This document shows, in pieces, positions 37,445 through 49,896 of a stretch of DNA of 64,000 nt. The stretch comes from Eledone cirrhosa (taxonomy: Eukaryota). The DNA is taken from contig OZ024747.1 of the NCBI GenBank assembly GCA_964016885.1, positions 71,238,001 to 71,302,000 of the forward strand, given 5' to 3'. Both the position numbers and the translations under genes were made by a program. How positions within the stretch are numbered: position 1 is the first letter of the stretch; the number at the start of each line of letters is the position of its first letter. The notes beneath the pieces were generated by a model. It was given only the letters and a program-made list of their open reading frames with translations. It had not been told where the DNA came from and searched no databases.

Positions 37445-40400
37445 TTACAGATATATACTCAGAGTAGGCCCATTCACTCGGGCCATTCTTGCTTCTCTCA
37501 CCCATCTTTCAACAAAATGCTGGGAAGAGAGCACTTCCCTCTCTACTCTGATTTTCCTTTTCAAATGAAATTTGAAAAAGTCAATCAGAGCATCACCGAA
37601 GAGGTAAGTGCTCGTCTTCAGCCCTTTCAAACGTGTCCACCATACTATCTCTTTCGCCATGGCCACCAGACAGATAAAAACTGCCTGCCCTTCCCGGCTA
37701 AAGGAGGAGGGCGGGGCAATCCTCACGATGGACTCAGATGATAGCCGGATCCGTCCTAACCTAAACGCGACAGCAGGTGTTCGACATAAACTCAAAAGTC
37801 AGCAATTTTCGGACACTGGACGAGTGCGTGCAGGACGGTTTCGTCGCCCTGCGCGCATCTCGGACATGCCCGGCTGACGGCACCTCCATGCCTGTAGAGT
37901 TTATCCCGAACTGGCAAGGCTCCTCGGTAGCACTGCCAGGCCAGAGATTTCTGGAAGTTGTCCATAGGCCCCGGCCCGAAAGTTCTTCCGAAGAGATTGG
38001 CTAGTTGATTTTCGTCGACGCCTAGAGTTTCCCCAAGTACGTCGTCGCTCTTCCCCTCCACTAATCCTCTATAGAACGCCGAGGTGGAGTTTCCACCGAT
38101 CACATTGACCGATTGGTCGAGGGCTGTGAGCGCCTGAAGACATTCCAGTCTCCAGGCGCTCCCTCTCGGTCTTCGCTTGACCCAGGTCTGCAGCTCCGTC
38201 AAGGAAACGAGCTGGGGAAATACGCGCCTAGCAAACGGCGACCACACCTGATCACCGTCGAGGAAGAGGTGGAGATGTCGTAGCCTGAGCGCGTGCCTGC
38301 GCATCATCAGCCACGGCATGCCCAGCCCTCCACGTAGCGGGTGTTGACAACAGATGGACCGCCTGACCATCGGAGCACGTCCCTTCCACAAAAAGCGAAA
38401 GAGCAAACGCTCCAGCGCAGTCAGGCGAGGCTTAGGACAAGGTACGACGGTCAGGCGGTAGCAGATGACAGACGCGATGTACGCGTTAGCCACCTCCGCT
38501 CGACCTTTCAGGGATAGCTTCCTCTCCGCCCATTTCTGGGTGAGAGAAGCCACCCTGCTCGTCACCTCGTCCCAGTTTTTGTCCGTCTGGAGGTCCGGAC
38601 CGAACCAGACCCCTAGCAATTTAACCGGTCCGTCCGTCCAGCGCCCGACGACGCTGTTGGACGGCATGGACCTGCCTCTCCAGGTGCCGAGCTGCAGGCC
38701 CACTGACTTTTCCTGGTTGATAATTGCTCCTGTCACCGCTTCGTATTCTCTTAGTGTAGTGCCGATCGCCTCGATGTGTTTGGCGTTCGACACCACTACG
38801 GTGACATCGTCCGCATATGCTGACACGGATCTTCCGCATCCTAGTTCGCGCGGGACTCCCCTCAACGTCTCCAGTTTGTGCAGTAATGGCTCGAGAGTCA
38901 ATACGTACAAGAGGGACGAGAGGGGACATCCTTGGCGGACCGAGCGCATGATGTTGAACGGTTCCGACAGGTGACCGTTCACTCTCACCACAGAGCAGAT
39001 GTCGCTGTGCATGGCAGCGATCCAGCCTCTGAAGACGGGCCCAAAGCCAGCCGCCCTCAGGACGGCCGCTAGGTAACGATGGTCGACCCTATCGAAAGCT
39101 TTCGACTGATCTAAATTGATCAAGGACCCACCCGTGCCAGGTTCCTTAGCTACCCTCTCTATGATGTATCGCATGAGGTGGAGGTTGTCGTGGATGGATC
39201 TGTCGGGAATGGCGCATGTCTGCGCCTCTCCCACCAGACCACCAACGACAAGCGCCAACCTCTTTGCTAGCACCTTGGCCAAAATCTTGAACTCTGTGTT
39301 TAGCAGAGTTATGGGCCGGAAATTGTCTATGTTATCCCCCTTGTTCGGATCCTTTCTCAGCAGTGCCACCGCTCCTCGGCTCACAGAACTGGGAATTCTC
39401 CCGTTCTGTTGCCAGTTGCAGTAGACGTCCGCCAAGAGGCCTCCGAACAAGTCTGGCATCTGTACGTAAAGTTCATAGGGCAGACCATCCAAACCAGGCG
39501 ATTTACCCCTTGTGCAGCCAGTCATTGCCTCCCTTACTTCAGCGGCTGTTATCGGCTTTTCGCAACACTTCGCCTCAGTGGCCGAGAGCCGCGGCAGTCC
39601 GTCGAGGTAGACACTAAAGTCCATCCCTCTACCCGGCCCACCGCTGCCCCCGAACAGCTGAGCGAAGTGTCGCTGAAAAGCTTCACACATTTGCCCGGGA
39701 TCGAGTAGCATGCGCCCGTCGTGGTCCACCAAAGACCGGATCGTGGCTTTGTTGCCACGATGCGCCTCCGCCACTCGGGCCCATTGAACGGTTTTCGTCC
39801 CCTCGTGTCTGAGAGCACGCACCCTTGCTCTGACAACGCAGCCTTCGTGCTTTGCATTGAAGAATTGGTCAAGGGCCAATTTCGCCGCAAGCACGTCGGT
39901 CGCAATGCCTTTGCTAAGCGCCTCGTCTAATTTTCTAACAAGTTCTCCCTCGGCTCTATTTTTCTCTATTGCTAAAGCCTTACTAAACCTAATCGATTCT
40001 ATTCTAATCGCTCTTTTCAGAGCAAACCACCACCTGTTGTTGACGATGGCCCCCGTCAACGCCCGCTTAACTAGTTCGCTAATCCGGTCTCTGTAGGCCT
40101 TGCGCGCTGGTAAGGACGCGTTTAGCTTCCAGTAGCCGGGTCCTCGTCTATGAAGCCTATCTAAGTCAAGCACACAGATCACGAATTTGTGGTCCGTGTA
40201 GCTGACTATCTTGAATTGTGGACAGCCTATGCTAGACCTATCTATTTCCCTACAAAATACTCTATCTAGATATGATCTGGATGACCCTATGCGGTTTGTC
40301 CAAGTCCACATTGGCACATTCGGGAAATCCAATCGGTACCTGTCAGACAGTTCAAAACGCCTGAGCAGGTTGGTGAGGCTCTTGCACCCTCCACCCTTAT

Positions 40401-40869
40401 CCGCTAATCCCACACAGTCCCAGCGTGCATCTAAGATCCCGTTCCAGTCGCCCACTAACACTAAAGAGCGGGACGTTCCAAGAAAGGTCTCCAGACGCCG
40501 GAAGAAATCAGGCCGCCCTGCTCCTGTCGGGGCATAGACGGCCACTAGCCTGAAAGCTTGCCCGTCTCCGCTGGTCACGTCCAGCACCACCAGCTTACCC
40601 TCTGGGTCCAGGAAGATGGCCCGTATGGCGAGATCCAAACCTCTCCGAAAAAGCACAGCAACTCCTCCACCGGATCCAGGACGGCTGGGAGATGCGTACA
40701 CATCGTAGCCGCCGAAGATCGGTGCGAAGGCCCGTGCTTCGGAGATTCTGGTCTCGCTGATGGCCACTACATCTATGTTTAGTGACCTGAGGTCGTTGAG
40801 CAGGTGACCCTGCTTCCATGACGACCCCAAGCCACGCGCATTTATGCTGCCTATTCTGAGTGAGGTCAT
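37445..40869 (-). pseudogene. ORF2 with a nonsense codon (TGG to TGA at 37792-37794) and a 5-bp CCTAA duplication near 37755
   Basis: 1025-aa ORF plus a separate 116-aa C-terminal piece, compared with 1139 aa in the other copies. Confidence 0.9.
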
Positions 40870-40904
40870 GTTTAAAATAGAGTGGAAAAGATGGGAAAGA
40901 CCAC

Positions 40905-43010
40905 TTACCGTACTTTTGGTAGAGGAGGGATGGTTTTTACATCCCTTTTCACTTGATCGTCTGGTGAAGGGACCGTTGAATCGTCCCTTCGGCTGGTCGT
41001 CGGCTCTTCTAAGAGAATGTCTGAATATACTCTTCGATTGATGGTTTCTCCTAGGTCCCTGAAATCACCAACTGCGTTGGGGAATTTCGTTTTAATGTTT
41101 GTGTATTGTTTCTGTGCTATTTTTAGCAGTCTTATGTTAGTTGGCGTTTTGATTGGTGCTGGTATTATGTAGTCCTGTTGTGATATGTCTGTGTGTTCAA
41201 TTATGTAAGTCATTAGTTTCTTGTTGTGTGTGTTTATTGCCGTGCATTTGTTTTTCTGGGGGTGGGGTGTGGTTCTGCTATTTTCTTGTCGTTGTTGCTG
41301 GGTGTGTGTGTTTTGTTGTTGTGTTTGCGATGTTGGTGCTTGTGGTGGTGGTGTTGAAGGTGTTGTTGGCGGTGGGGTTGTCGCCGGTGGTGATGGTGGT
41401 GCTGGTGTGGGTGGTGATGGTGTTGGTGGTGTTGCTGCTGTGGGTCTCTTTGCAGTAGACTTTACCCTTTTCTCATTTCTTTCCTCCCTTTTCAAAGGCG
41501 ACGATGCGCTGCTTCTGCGTTTGTGCCTTCTTGCGACCTTTTGCCATCCCTCTCCCACCTCACACTCCATGTCTGATTCTGTGAGGTCGGGGAGGGGTAC
41601 CAGCTCCACTCTTTCACTTGTTGTTGTTGGTGATGTTTGCACTGGAGTCTCTGTTGCAGCTGCATTTGGTATTGCTGTTGTTGTTGTTAATATTTCCACT
41701 GCTGCTGCTGTTTTTGATTTCCGTGGAGTGGGTATGGGTGCCACGGACCTATCGTTCCTGGTTGCCGCTTGTCCTGTTGCTGGTAGCCGTGGAGCCGGAT
41801 TCGGAAGGAGGGGGGTTTTCTCCTTTCTCAGGGTGTTCTCGTTGCAGAAGGCCCTGAGGTGAGTCTTCGATCCACAGCGAAAGCATTTCGGGCGTTTGCC
41901 CTCAACACTTATGGGCAGTTGAGTGCCGTTATCGAAGTCTATCACATCCGGGATAGCTTCGATGCATTCCTGGTTGGTTTGGATTAGCATCTCAATGGAA
42001 GTGCCTACCCAATCTTCTCTTACTTTTTTCTGTACTTGCAGTACAGTTGTTTTGTCCGCGATTCCGACGAGGACAGACGCGGCCAGCCAAGAAGGGGCCA
42101 TTCCGGGGGGGACGTGGGTCAGTTTGACCCTCACAATTTTTTGCCCGCAGTAGGAGGGCACCAACACCATTTCGTCGCACCTTAGGGTCACTACTGATTG
42201 GGCCTTTGCCTCCTGGGGTGTGGCAAAAAGTACGTCTACGGTGGCATATTTTTTGCCTCGGGTGATGTGCGTTTTCCGCTGCCACACAGACCCCAAGGCT
42301 TTTTGTATTTGGGCTTCTGTGGCTCTTTCCACCCTACGGGATTTTGTACTTACTGTACGGTACGTGACCGTACAGTGCTCTTGGGTTTCGAAAAATTTTT
42401 CCGCTGCCTTGCAGATTGCTCGGTGTCCGTTCTTTGTCACCATCTTCTTCGCTTCCTCTAATTCCTCATTTGTTATGAGGATTGTTTCCAAGTTTTTCGC
42501 AATACCTGCAAATGAGATTGGTTTTTCTCTGCTGCTGCTGCTGTTGTTGTTGTCGTCAGAGCTGCTGGTACTTTTGTTGTTGCTGCAGGTACTACGACTA
42601 CTGCCTCCGCCGCTGTTGCTGTGGTTGTTGTTGGTGTTGCTGCTGCTAATGCTGTTGTTGTTTATGCTGCTGGTGATGCTGTTGCGGCTGCTACTGTTGT
42701 TTTCATTGTCACTGTTGCTGTTGTTATTACGGCTGCTACTGCTATTATTCCTGACGTCAGACGAATGAACTGGGTTTTCGTATTTCCCGCACACCTGTTT
42801 CGTCGCTGTCGTCGTCGTCGTGGAGAAACCTTGCACGCTTTGCACGAGACTTTTCTTTTCTTTCGTCACTTGCGAAAGAGAAGGGAGGGAGAGAGACACA
42901 TTTAAAGAAGGGAGGGAGAGAGACAATCTTCTCTCTGCTGTAGTGATGATTGAGGAAGAAGAAGACGGAATGAGTGGGAGTGACGTATGAAATTTCTTTT
43001 TCGTAGCCAT
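40905..43010 (-). CDS. LINE ORF1 (gag-like), 701 aa
   Basis: CFRCGSKTHLRAFC (CX2CX4HX4C) knuckle; N/S-rich and P/T-rich tracts; upstream of ORF2. Confidence 0.9.
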   Translation of the reverse strand: MATKKKFHTSLPLIPSSSSSIITTAERRLSLSLPSLNVSLSLPSLSQVTKEKKSLVQSVQGFSTTTTTATKQVCGKYENPVHSSDVRNNSSSSRNNNSNSDNENNSSSRNSITSSINNNSISSSNTNNNHSNSGGGSSRSTCSNNKSTSSSDDNNNSSSSREKPISFAGIAKNLETILITNEELEEAKKMVTKNGHRAICKAAEKFFETQEHCTVTYRTVSTKSRRVERATEAQIQKALGSVWQRKTHITRGKKYATVDVLFATPQEAKAQSVVTLRCDEMVLVPSYCGQKIVRVKLTHVPPGMAPSWLAASVLVGIADKTTVLQVQKKVREDWVGTSIEMLIQTNQECIEAIPDVIDFDNGTQLPISVEGKRPKCFRCGSKTHLRAFCNENTLRKEKTPLLPNPAPRLPATGQAATRNDRSVAPIPTPRKSKTAAAVEILTTTTAIPNAAATETPVQTSPTTTSERVELVPLPDLTESDMECEVGEGWQKVARRHKRRSSASSPLKREERNEKRVKSTAKRPTAATPPTPSPPTPAPPSPPATTPPPTTPSTPPPQAPTSQTQQQNTHTQQQRQENSRTTPHPQKNKCTAINTHNKKLMTYIIEHTDISQQDYIIPAPIKTPTNIRLLKIAQKQYTNIKTKFPNAVGDFRDLGETINRRVYSDILLEEPTTSRRDDSTVPSPDDQVKRDVKTIPPLPKVR

Positions 43011-43225
43011 GTTGTTTTTTGTTTAAAATGAAATTTTGGGTACAAAACCCCAATAACTGGTTATTTAACCCCGAAGGGCCAAATAACGGACAGAAAGACC
43101 CCTCTCACGAGGAGGAGGGTGTCTTTATAAACAATTTGGTTCAAGTTTTAAACAATTTACAATTGTTTTAACGGTTAAAAATTACTATACCTTACAGAGC
43201 CGAGCCTCCGTCAACCATGGCATTC

Positions 43226-43261
<36 letters not shown>

Positions 43262-43285
43262 AAAAATAAAAAAATTGAAAAAGAA

Positions 43286-43316
<31 letters not shown>

Positions 43317-43669
43317 CATACATATATACATACACACATACATACACATACACACACACATATACACACACACATACATTAATAACAATACTAATAATAA
43401 TAATAATGATTTCTTTATTAACCACAAGGGTTTACATAAAGTAGACATTAAGGACAGTGCAGGACAATGCAGGACGGTACAAATGGGCATTTCTGCGTGT
43501 AAAAAAACAAAAATAGAGGATGTAACAAAAATAACAATGAAAATAACAATGAAAAATTCCCCAATAGGGGGGAGACTTCGGAGGGACATTTGTGGAGAAA
43601 GCCCAGTAAAAAGCCACAATGACCCTGACCACCAAGGCAAGTGCCCTCTCCCAGTTTTCCACCTTTAGT

Positions 43670-46600
43670 TTACAGATATATACTCAGAGTCGGCCCATTC
43701 ACTCGGGCCATTCTTGCTTCTCTCACCCATCTTTCAACAAAATGCTGGGAAGAGAGCACTTCCTTCTCTACTCTGATTTTCCTTTTCAAATGAAATTTGA
43801 AAAAGTCAATCAGAGCATCACCGAAGAGGTAAGTGCTCGTCTTCAGCCCTTTCAAACGTGTCCACCATACTATCTCTTTCGCCATGGCCACCAGACAGAT
43901 AAAAACTGCCTGCCCTTCCCGGCTAAAGGAGGAGGGCGGGGCAATCCTCACGATAGACTCAGATGATAGCTGGATCCGTCCTAAACGCGACAGCAGGTGT
44001 TCGACATAAACCCACAAGTCAGCAATTTTCGGACACTGGACGAGTGCGTGCAGGACGGTTTCGTCGCCCTGCGCGCATCTCGGACATGCCCGGCTGACGG
44101 CACCTCCATGCCTGTAGAGTTTATCCCGAACTGGCAAGGCTCCTCGGTAGCACTGCCAGGCCAGAGATTTCTGGAAGTTGTCCATAGGCCCTGGCCCGAA
44201 GGTTCTTCCGAAGAGATTGGCTAGTTGATTTTCGTCGACGCCTAGAGTTTCCCCAAGTACGTCGTCGCTCTTCCCCTCCACTAATCCTCTATAGAACGCC
44301 GAGGTGGAGTTTCCACCGATCACATTGCCCGATTGGTCGAGGGCTGTGAGCGCCTGAAGACATTCCAGTCTCCAGGCGCTCCCTCTCGGTCTTCGCTTGA
44401 CCCAGGACTGCAGCTCCGTCAAGGAAACGAGCTGGGGAAAAACGCGTCTAGCAAACGGCGACCACACCTGATCACCGTCGAGGAAGAGGTGGAGATGTCG
44501 TAGCCTGAGCGCGTGCCTGCGCATCATCAGCCACGGCATGCCCAGCCCTCCACGTAGCGGGTGTTGACAACAGATGGACCGCCTGACCATCGGAGCACGT
44601 CCCTTCCACAAAAAGCGAAAGAGCAAACGCTCCAGCGCAGTCAGGCGAGGCTTAGGACAAGGTACGACGGTTAGGCGGTAGCAGATGACAGACGCGATGT
44701 ACGCGTTAGCCACCTCCGCTCGACCTTTCAGGGATAGCTTCCTCTCCGCCCATTTCTGGGTGAGAGAAGCCACCCTGCTCGTCACCTCGTCCCAGTTTTT
44801 GTCCGTCTGGAGGTCCGGACCGAACCAGACCCCTAGCAATTTAACCGGTCCGTCCGTCCAGCGCCCGACGACGCTGTTGGACGGCATGGACCTGCCTCTC
44901 CAGGTGCCGAGCTGCAGGCCCACTGACTTTTCCTGGTTGATCATTGCTCCTGTCACCGCTTCGTATTCTCTTAGTGTAGTGCCGATCGCCTCGATGTGTT
45001 TGGCGTTCGACACCACTACGGTGACATCGTCCGCATATGCTGACACGGATCTTCCGCATCCTAGTTCGCGCGGGACTCCCCTCAACGTCTCCAGTTTGTG
45101 CAGTAATGGCTCGAGAGTCAATACGTACAAGAGGGACGAGAGGGGACATCCTTGGCGGACCGAGCGCATGATGTTGAACGGTTCCGACAGGTGACCGTTC
45201 ACTCTCACCACAGAGCAGATGTCGCTGTGCATGGCAGCGATCCAGCCTCTGAAGACGGGCCCAAAGCCAGCCGCCCTCAGGACTGCCGCTAGGTAACGAT
45301 GGTCGACCCTATCGAAAGCTTTCGACTGATCTAAATTGATCAAGGACCCACCCGTGCCAGGTTCCCTAGCTACCCTCTCTACGATGTATCGCATGAGGTG
45401 GAGGTTGTCGTGGATGGATCTGTCGGGAATGGCGCATGTCTGCGCCTCTCCCACCAGACCACCAACGACAAGCGCCAACCTCTTTGCTAGCACCTTGGCC
45501 AAAATCTTAAACTCTGTGTTTAGCAGAGTTATGGGCCGGAAATTGTCTATGTTATCCCCCTTGTTCGGATCCTTTCTCAGCAGTGCCACCGCTCCTCGGC
45601 TCACAGAACTGGGAATTCTCCCGTTCTGTTGCCAGTTGCAGTAGACGTCCGCCAAGAGGCCTCCGAACAAGTCTGGCATCTGTACGTAAAGTTCATAGGG
45701 CAGACCATCCAAACCAGGCGATTTACCCCTTGTGCAGCCAGTCATTGCCTCCCGTACTTCAGCGGCTGTTATCGGCTTTTCGCAACACTTCGCCTCAGTG
45801 GCCGAGAGCCGCGGCAGTCCGTCGAGGTAGACACTAAAGTCCATCCCTCTACCCGGCCCCCCGCTGCCCCCGAACAGCTGAGCGAAGTGTCGCTGAAAAG
45901 CTTCACACATTTGCCCGGGATCGAGTAGCATGCGCCCGTCGTGGTCCACCAAAGACCGGATCGTGGCTTTGTTGCCACGACGCGCCTCCGCCACTCGGGC
46001 CCATTGAACGGCTTTCGTCCCCTCGTGTCTGAGAGCACGCACCCTAGCTCTGACAACGCAGCCTTCGTGCTTTGCATTGAAGAATTGGTCAAGGGCCAAT
46101 TTCGCCGCAAGCACGTCGGTCGCAATGCCTTTGCTAAGCGCCTCGTCTAATTTTCTAACTAGTTCTCCCTCTGCTCTATTTTTCTCTATTGCTAAAGCCT
46201 TACTAAACCTAATCGATTCTATTCTAATCGCTCTTTTCAGAGCAAACCACCACTTGTTGTTGACGATGGCCCCCGTCAACGCCCGCTTAACTAGTTCGCT
46301 AATCCGGTCTCTGTAGGCCTTGCGCGCTGGTAAGGACGCGTTTAGCTTCCAGTAGCCGGGTCCTCGTCTATGAAGCCTATCTAAGTCAAGCACACAGATC
46401 ACGAATTTGTGGTCCGTGTAGCTGACTATCTTGAATTGTGGACAGCCTATGCTAGACCTATCTATTTCCCTACAAAATACTCTATCTAGATATGATCTGG
46501 ATGACCCTATGCGGTTTGTCCAAGTCCACATTGGCACATTCGGGAAATCCAATCGGTACCTGTCAGACAGTTCAAAACACCTGAGCAGGTTGGTGAGGCT

Positions 46601-47089
46601 CTTGCACCCTCCACCCCTATCCGCTAATCCCACACAGTCCCAGCGTGCATCTAAGATCCCGTTCCAGTCGCCCACTAACACTAAAGAGCGGGACGTTCCA
46701 AGAAAGGTCTCCAGACGCCGGAAGAAATCAGGCCGCCCTGCTCCTGTCGGGGCATAGACGGCCACTAGCCTGAAAGCTTGCCCGTCTCCGCTGGTCACGT
46801 CCAGCACCACCAGCTTACCCTCTGGGTCCAGGAAGATAGCCCGTATGGCGAGATCCAAACCTCTCCGAAAAAGCACAGCAACTCCTCCACCGGATCCAGG
46901 ACGGCTGGGAGATGCGTACACATCGAAGCCGCCGAAGATCGGTGCGAAGGCCCGTGCTTCGGAGATTCTGGTCTCGCTGATGGCCACTACATCTATGTTT
47001 AGTGACCTGAGGTCGTTGAGCAGGTGACCCTGCTTCCATGACGACCCCAAGCCACGCGCATTTATGCTGCCTATTCTGAGTGAGGTCAT
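43670..47089 (-). CDS. LINE ORF2: APE endonuclease, RT and C-terminal CCHC, 1139 aa
   Basis: NARGL, SET, GDWN, SYLD, TDH; KSPGLDG, FRPITLLN, DQSKAFDRV, RQGCPLS, YADD; RGGLG; CPRC..ETVLHALVQC. Confidence 0.96.
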   Translation of the reverse strand: MTSLRIGSINARGLGSSWKQGHLLNDLRSLNIDVVAISETRISEARAFAPIFGGFDVYASPSRPGSGGGVAVLFRRGLDLAIRAIFLDPEGKLVVLDVTSGDGQAFRLVAVYAPTGAGRPDFFRRLETFLGTSRSLVLVGDWNGILDARWDCVGLADRGGGCKSLTNLLRCFELSDRYRLDFPNVPMWTWTNRIGSSRSYLDRVFCREIDRSSIGCPQFKIVSYTDHKFVICVLDLDRLHRRGPGYWKLNASLPARKAYRDRISELVKRALTGAIVNNKWWFALKRAIRIESIRFSKALAIEKNRAEGELVRKLDEALSKGIATDVLAAKLALDQFFNAKHEGCVVRARVRALRHEGTKAVQWARVAEARRGNKATIRSLVDHDGRMLLDPGQMCEAFQRHFAQLFGGSGGPGRGMDFSVYLDGLPRLSATEAKCCEKPITAAEVREAMTGCTRGKSPGLDGLPYELYVQMPDLFGGLLADVYCNWQQNGRIPSSVSRGAVALLRKDPNKGDNIDNFRPITLLNTEFKILAKVLAKRLALVVGGLVGEAQTCAIPDRSIHDNLHLMRYIVERVAREPGTGGSLINLDQSKAFDRVDHRYLAAVLRAAGFGPVFRGWIAAMHSDICSVVRVNGHLSEPFNIMRSVRQGCPLSSLLYVLTLEPLLHKLETLRGVPRELGCGRSVSAYADDVTVVVSNAKHIEAIGTTLREYEAVTGAMINQEKSVGLQLGTWRGRSMPSNSVVGRWTDGPVKLLGVWFGPDLQTDKNWDEVTSRVASLTQKWAERKLSLKGRAEVANAYIASVICYRLTVVPCPKPRLTALERLLFRFLWKGRAPMVRRSICCQHPLRGGLGMPWLMMRRHALRLRHLHLFLDGDQVWSPFARRVFPQLVSLTELQSWVKRRPRGSAWRLECLQALTALDQSGNVIGGNSTSAFYRGLVEGKSDDVLGETLGVDENQLANLFGRTFGPGPMDNFQKSLAWQCYRGALPVRDKLYRHGGAVSRACPRCAQGDETVLHALVQCPKIADLWVYVEHLLSRLGRIQLSSESIVRIAPPSSFSREGQAVFICLVAMAKEIVWWTRLKGLKTSTYLFGDALIDFFKFHLKRKIRVEKEVLSSQHFVERWVREARMARVNGPTLSIYL

Positions 47090-47124
47090 GTTTAAAATAG
47101 AGTGGAAAAGATGGGAAAGACCAC

Positions 47125-49221
47125 TTACCGTACTTTTGGTAGAGGAGGGATGGTTTTTACATCCCTTTTCACTTGATCGTCTGGTGAAGGGACCGTTGAA
47201 TCGTCCCTTCGGCTGGTCGTCGGCTCTTCTAAGAGAATGTCTGAGTATACTCTTCGATTGATGGTTCCTCCTAGGTCCCTGAAATCACCAACTGCGTTGG
47301 GGAATTTCGTTTTAATATTTGTGTATTGTTTCTGTGCTATTTTTAGCAGTCTTATGTTAGTTGGCGTTTTGATTGGTGCTGGTATTATGTAGTCCTGTTG
47401 TGAAATGTCTGTGTGTTCAATTATGTAAGTCATTAGTTTCTTGTTGTGTGTATTTATTGCCGTGCATTTGTTTTTCTGGGGGTGGGGTGTGGTTCTGCTA
47501 TTTTCTTGTCGTTGTTGCTGGGTGTGTGTGTTTTGTTGTTGTGTTTGCGATGTTGGTGCTTGTGGTGGTGGTGTTGAAGGTGTTGTTGGCGGTGGGGTTG
47601 TCGCCGGTGGTGATGGTGGCGCTAGTGTGGGTGGTGATGGTGTTGGTGTTGTTGCTGCTGTGGGTCTCTTTGCAGTAGACTTTACCCTTTTCTCATTTCT
47701 TTCCTCACTTTTCAAAGGCGACGATGCGCTGCTTCTGCGTTTGTGCCTTCTTACGACCTTTTGCCATCTCTCTCCCACCTCACACTCCATGTCTGATTCT
47801 GTGAGGTCGGGGAGGGGTACCAACTCCACTCTTTCACTTGTTGTTGTTGGTGATGTTTGCACTGGAGTCTCTGTTGCAGCTGCATTTGGTATTGCTGTTG
47901 TTGTTGTTAGTATTTCCACTGCTGCTGCTGTTTTTGATTTCCGTGGAGTGGGTATGGGTGCCACGGGCCTATCGTTCCTGGTTGCCGCTTGTCCTGTTGC
48001 TGGTAGCCGTGGAGCCGGATTCGGAAGGAGGGGGGTTTTCTCCTTTCTCAGGGTCTTCTCGTTGCAGAAGGCCCTGAGGTGAGTCTTCGATCCACAGCGA
48101 AAGCATTTCGGGCGTTTGCCCTCAACACTTATGGGCAGTTGAGTGCCGTTATCGAAGTCTATCACATCCGGGATAGCTTCGATGCACTCCTGGTTGGTTT
48201 GGATTAGCATCTCAATGGAGGAGCCGACCCAATCTTCTCTTACTTTTTTCTGTACTTGCAGTACAGTTGTTTTGTCCTCGATTCCGACGAGGACAGACGC
48301 GGCCAGCCAAGAAGGGGTCATTCCGGGGGGGACGTGGGTCAGTTTGACCCTCACAATTTTTTGCCCGCAGTAGGAGGGCACCAACACCATTTCCTCGCTC
48401 CTTAGGGTCACTACTGATTGAGCCTTTGCCTCCTGGGGTGTGGCAAAAAGTACGTCTACGGTGGCGTATTTTTTGCCTCGGGTGATGTGCGTTTTCCTCT
48501 GCCACACAGACCCCAAGGCTTTTTGTATTTGGGCCTCTGTGGCTCTTTCCACCCTACGGGATTTTGTACTTACTGTACGGTACGTGACCGTACAGTGCTC
48601 TTGGGTTTCGAAAAAATTTTTCGCTGCCTTGCAGATTGCTCGGTGTCCGTTCTTTGTCACCATCTTCTTCGCTTCCTCTAATTCCTCATTTGTTATGAGG
48701 ATTGTTTCCAGGTTTTTCGCAATACCTGCAAATGAGATTGGTTTTTCTCTGCTGTTGTTGTTGTCGTCAGAGCTGCTGGTACTTTTGTTGTTGCTGCAGG
48801 TACTACGACTACTGCCTCCGCCGCTGTTGCTGTGGTTGTTGTTGGTGTTGCTGCTGCTAATGCTGTTGTTGTTTATGCTGCTGGTGATGCTGTTGCGGCT
48901 GCTACTGTTGTTTTCATTGTCACTGTTGCTGTTGTTATTACGGCTGCTACTGCTATTATTCCTGACGTCAGACGAATGAACTGGGTTTTCGTATTTCCCG
49001 CACACCTGTTTCGTCGCTGTCGTCGTCGTCGTGGAGAAACCTTGCACGCTTTGCACGAGACTTTTCTTTTCTTTCGTCACTTGCGAAAGAGAAGGGAGGG
49101 AGAGAGACACATTTAAAGAAGGGAGGGAGAGAGACAATCTTCTCTCTGCTGTAGTGATGATTGAGGAAGAAGAAGACGGAATGAGTGGGAGTGACGTATG
49201 AAATTTCTTTTTCGTAGCCAT
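47125..49221 (-). CDS. LINE ORF1, 698 aa
   Basis: As copy 1; 35-nt inter-ORF gap. Confidence 0.92.
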   Translation of the reverse strand: MATKKKFHTSLPLIPSSSSSIITTAERRLSLSLPSLNVSLSLPSLSQVTKEKKSLVQSVQGFSTTTTTATKQVCGKYENPVHSSDVRNNSSSSRNNNSNSDNENNSSSRNSITSSINNNSISSSNTNNNHSNSGGGSSRSTCSNNKSTSSSDDNNNSREKPISFAGIAKNLETILITNEELEEAKKMVTKNGHRAICKAAKNFFETQEHCTVTYRTVSTKSRRVERATEAQIQKALGSVWQRKTHITRGKKYATVDVLFATPQEAKAQSVVTLRSEEMVLVPSYCGQKIVRVKLTHVPPGMTPSWLAASVLVGIEDKTTVLQVQKKVREDWVGSSIEMLIQTNQECIEAIPDVIDFDNGTQLPISVEGKRPKCFRCGSKTHLRAFCNEKTLRKEKTPLLPNPAPRLPATGQAATRNDRPVAPIPTPRKSKTAAAVEILTTTTAIPNAAATETPVQTSPTTTSERVELVPLPDLTESDMECEVGERWQKVVRRHKRRSSASSPLKSEERNEKRVKSTAKRPTAATTPTPSPPTLAPPSPPATTPPPTTPSTPPPQAPTSQTQQQNTHTQQQRQENSRTTPHPQKNKCTAINTHNKKLMTYIIEHTDISQQDYIIPAPIKTPTNIRLLKIAQKQYTNIKTKFPNAVGDFRDLGGTINRRVYSDILLEEPTTSRRDDSTVPSPDDQVKRDVKTIPPLPKVR

Positions 49222-49436
49222 GTTGTTTTTTGTTTAAAATGAAATTTTGGGTACAAAACCCCAATAACTGGTTATTTAACCCCGAAGGGCCAAATAACGG
49301 ACAGAAAGACCCCTCTCACGAGGAGGAGGGTGTCTTTATAAACAATTTGGTTCAAGTTTTAAACAATTTACAATTGTTTTAACGGTTAAAAATTACTATA
49401 CCTTACAGAGCCGAGCCTCCGTCAACCATGGCATTC

Positions 49437-49472
<36 letters not shown>

Positions 49473-49496
49473 AAAAATAAAAAAATTGAAAAAGAA

Positions 49497-49527
<31 letters not shown>

Positions 49528-49896
49528 CATACATATATACATACACACATACATACACATACACACACACATATACACACACACATACATTAATAACGAT
49601 ACTAATAATAATAATAATAATAGCAATAATAATGATTTCTTTATTAACCACAAGGGTTTACATAAAGTAGACATTAAGGACAGTGCAGGACAATGCAGGA
49701 CGGTACAAATGGGCATTTCTGCGTGTAAAGAAAACAAAAATAGAGGATGTAACAAAAATAACAATGAAAATAACAATGAAAAATTCCCCAATAGGGGGGA
49801 GACTTCGGAGGGACATTTGTGGAGAAAGCCCAGTAAAAAGCCACAATGACCCTGACCACCAAGGCAAGTGCCCTCTCCCAGTTTTCCACCTTTAGT

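Larger units (their letters stand above)
37184..43225 (-). mobile_element. Full-length Tx1/L1-clade LINE, array copy 1 (most diverged; ORF2 C-terminus disrupted)
   Basis: 5' UTR, ORF1, ORF2, 3' UTR, AATAAA and (ATT)n tail. Confidence 0.95.
43408..49436 (-). mobile_element. Full-length Tx1/L1-clade LINE, array copy 2 (intact)
   Basis: Both ORFs open. Confidence 0.96.
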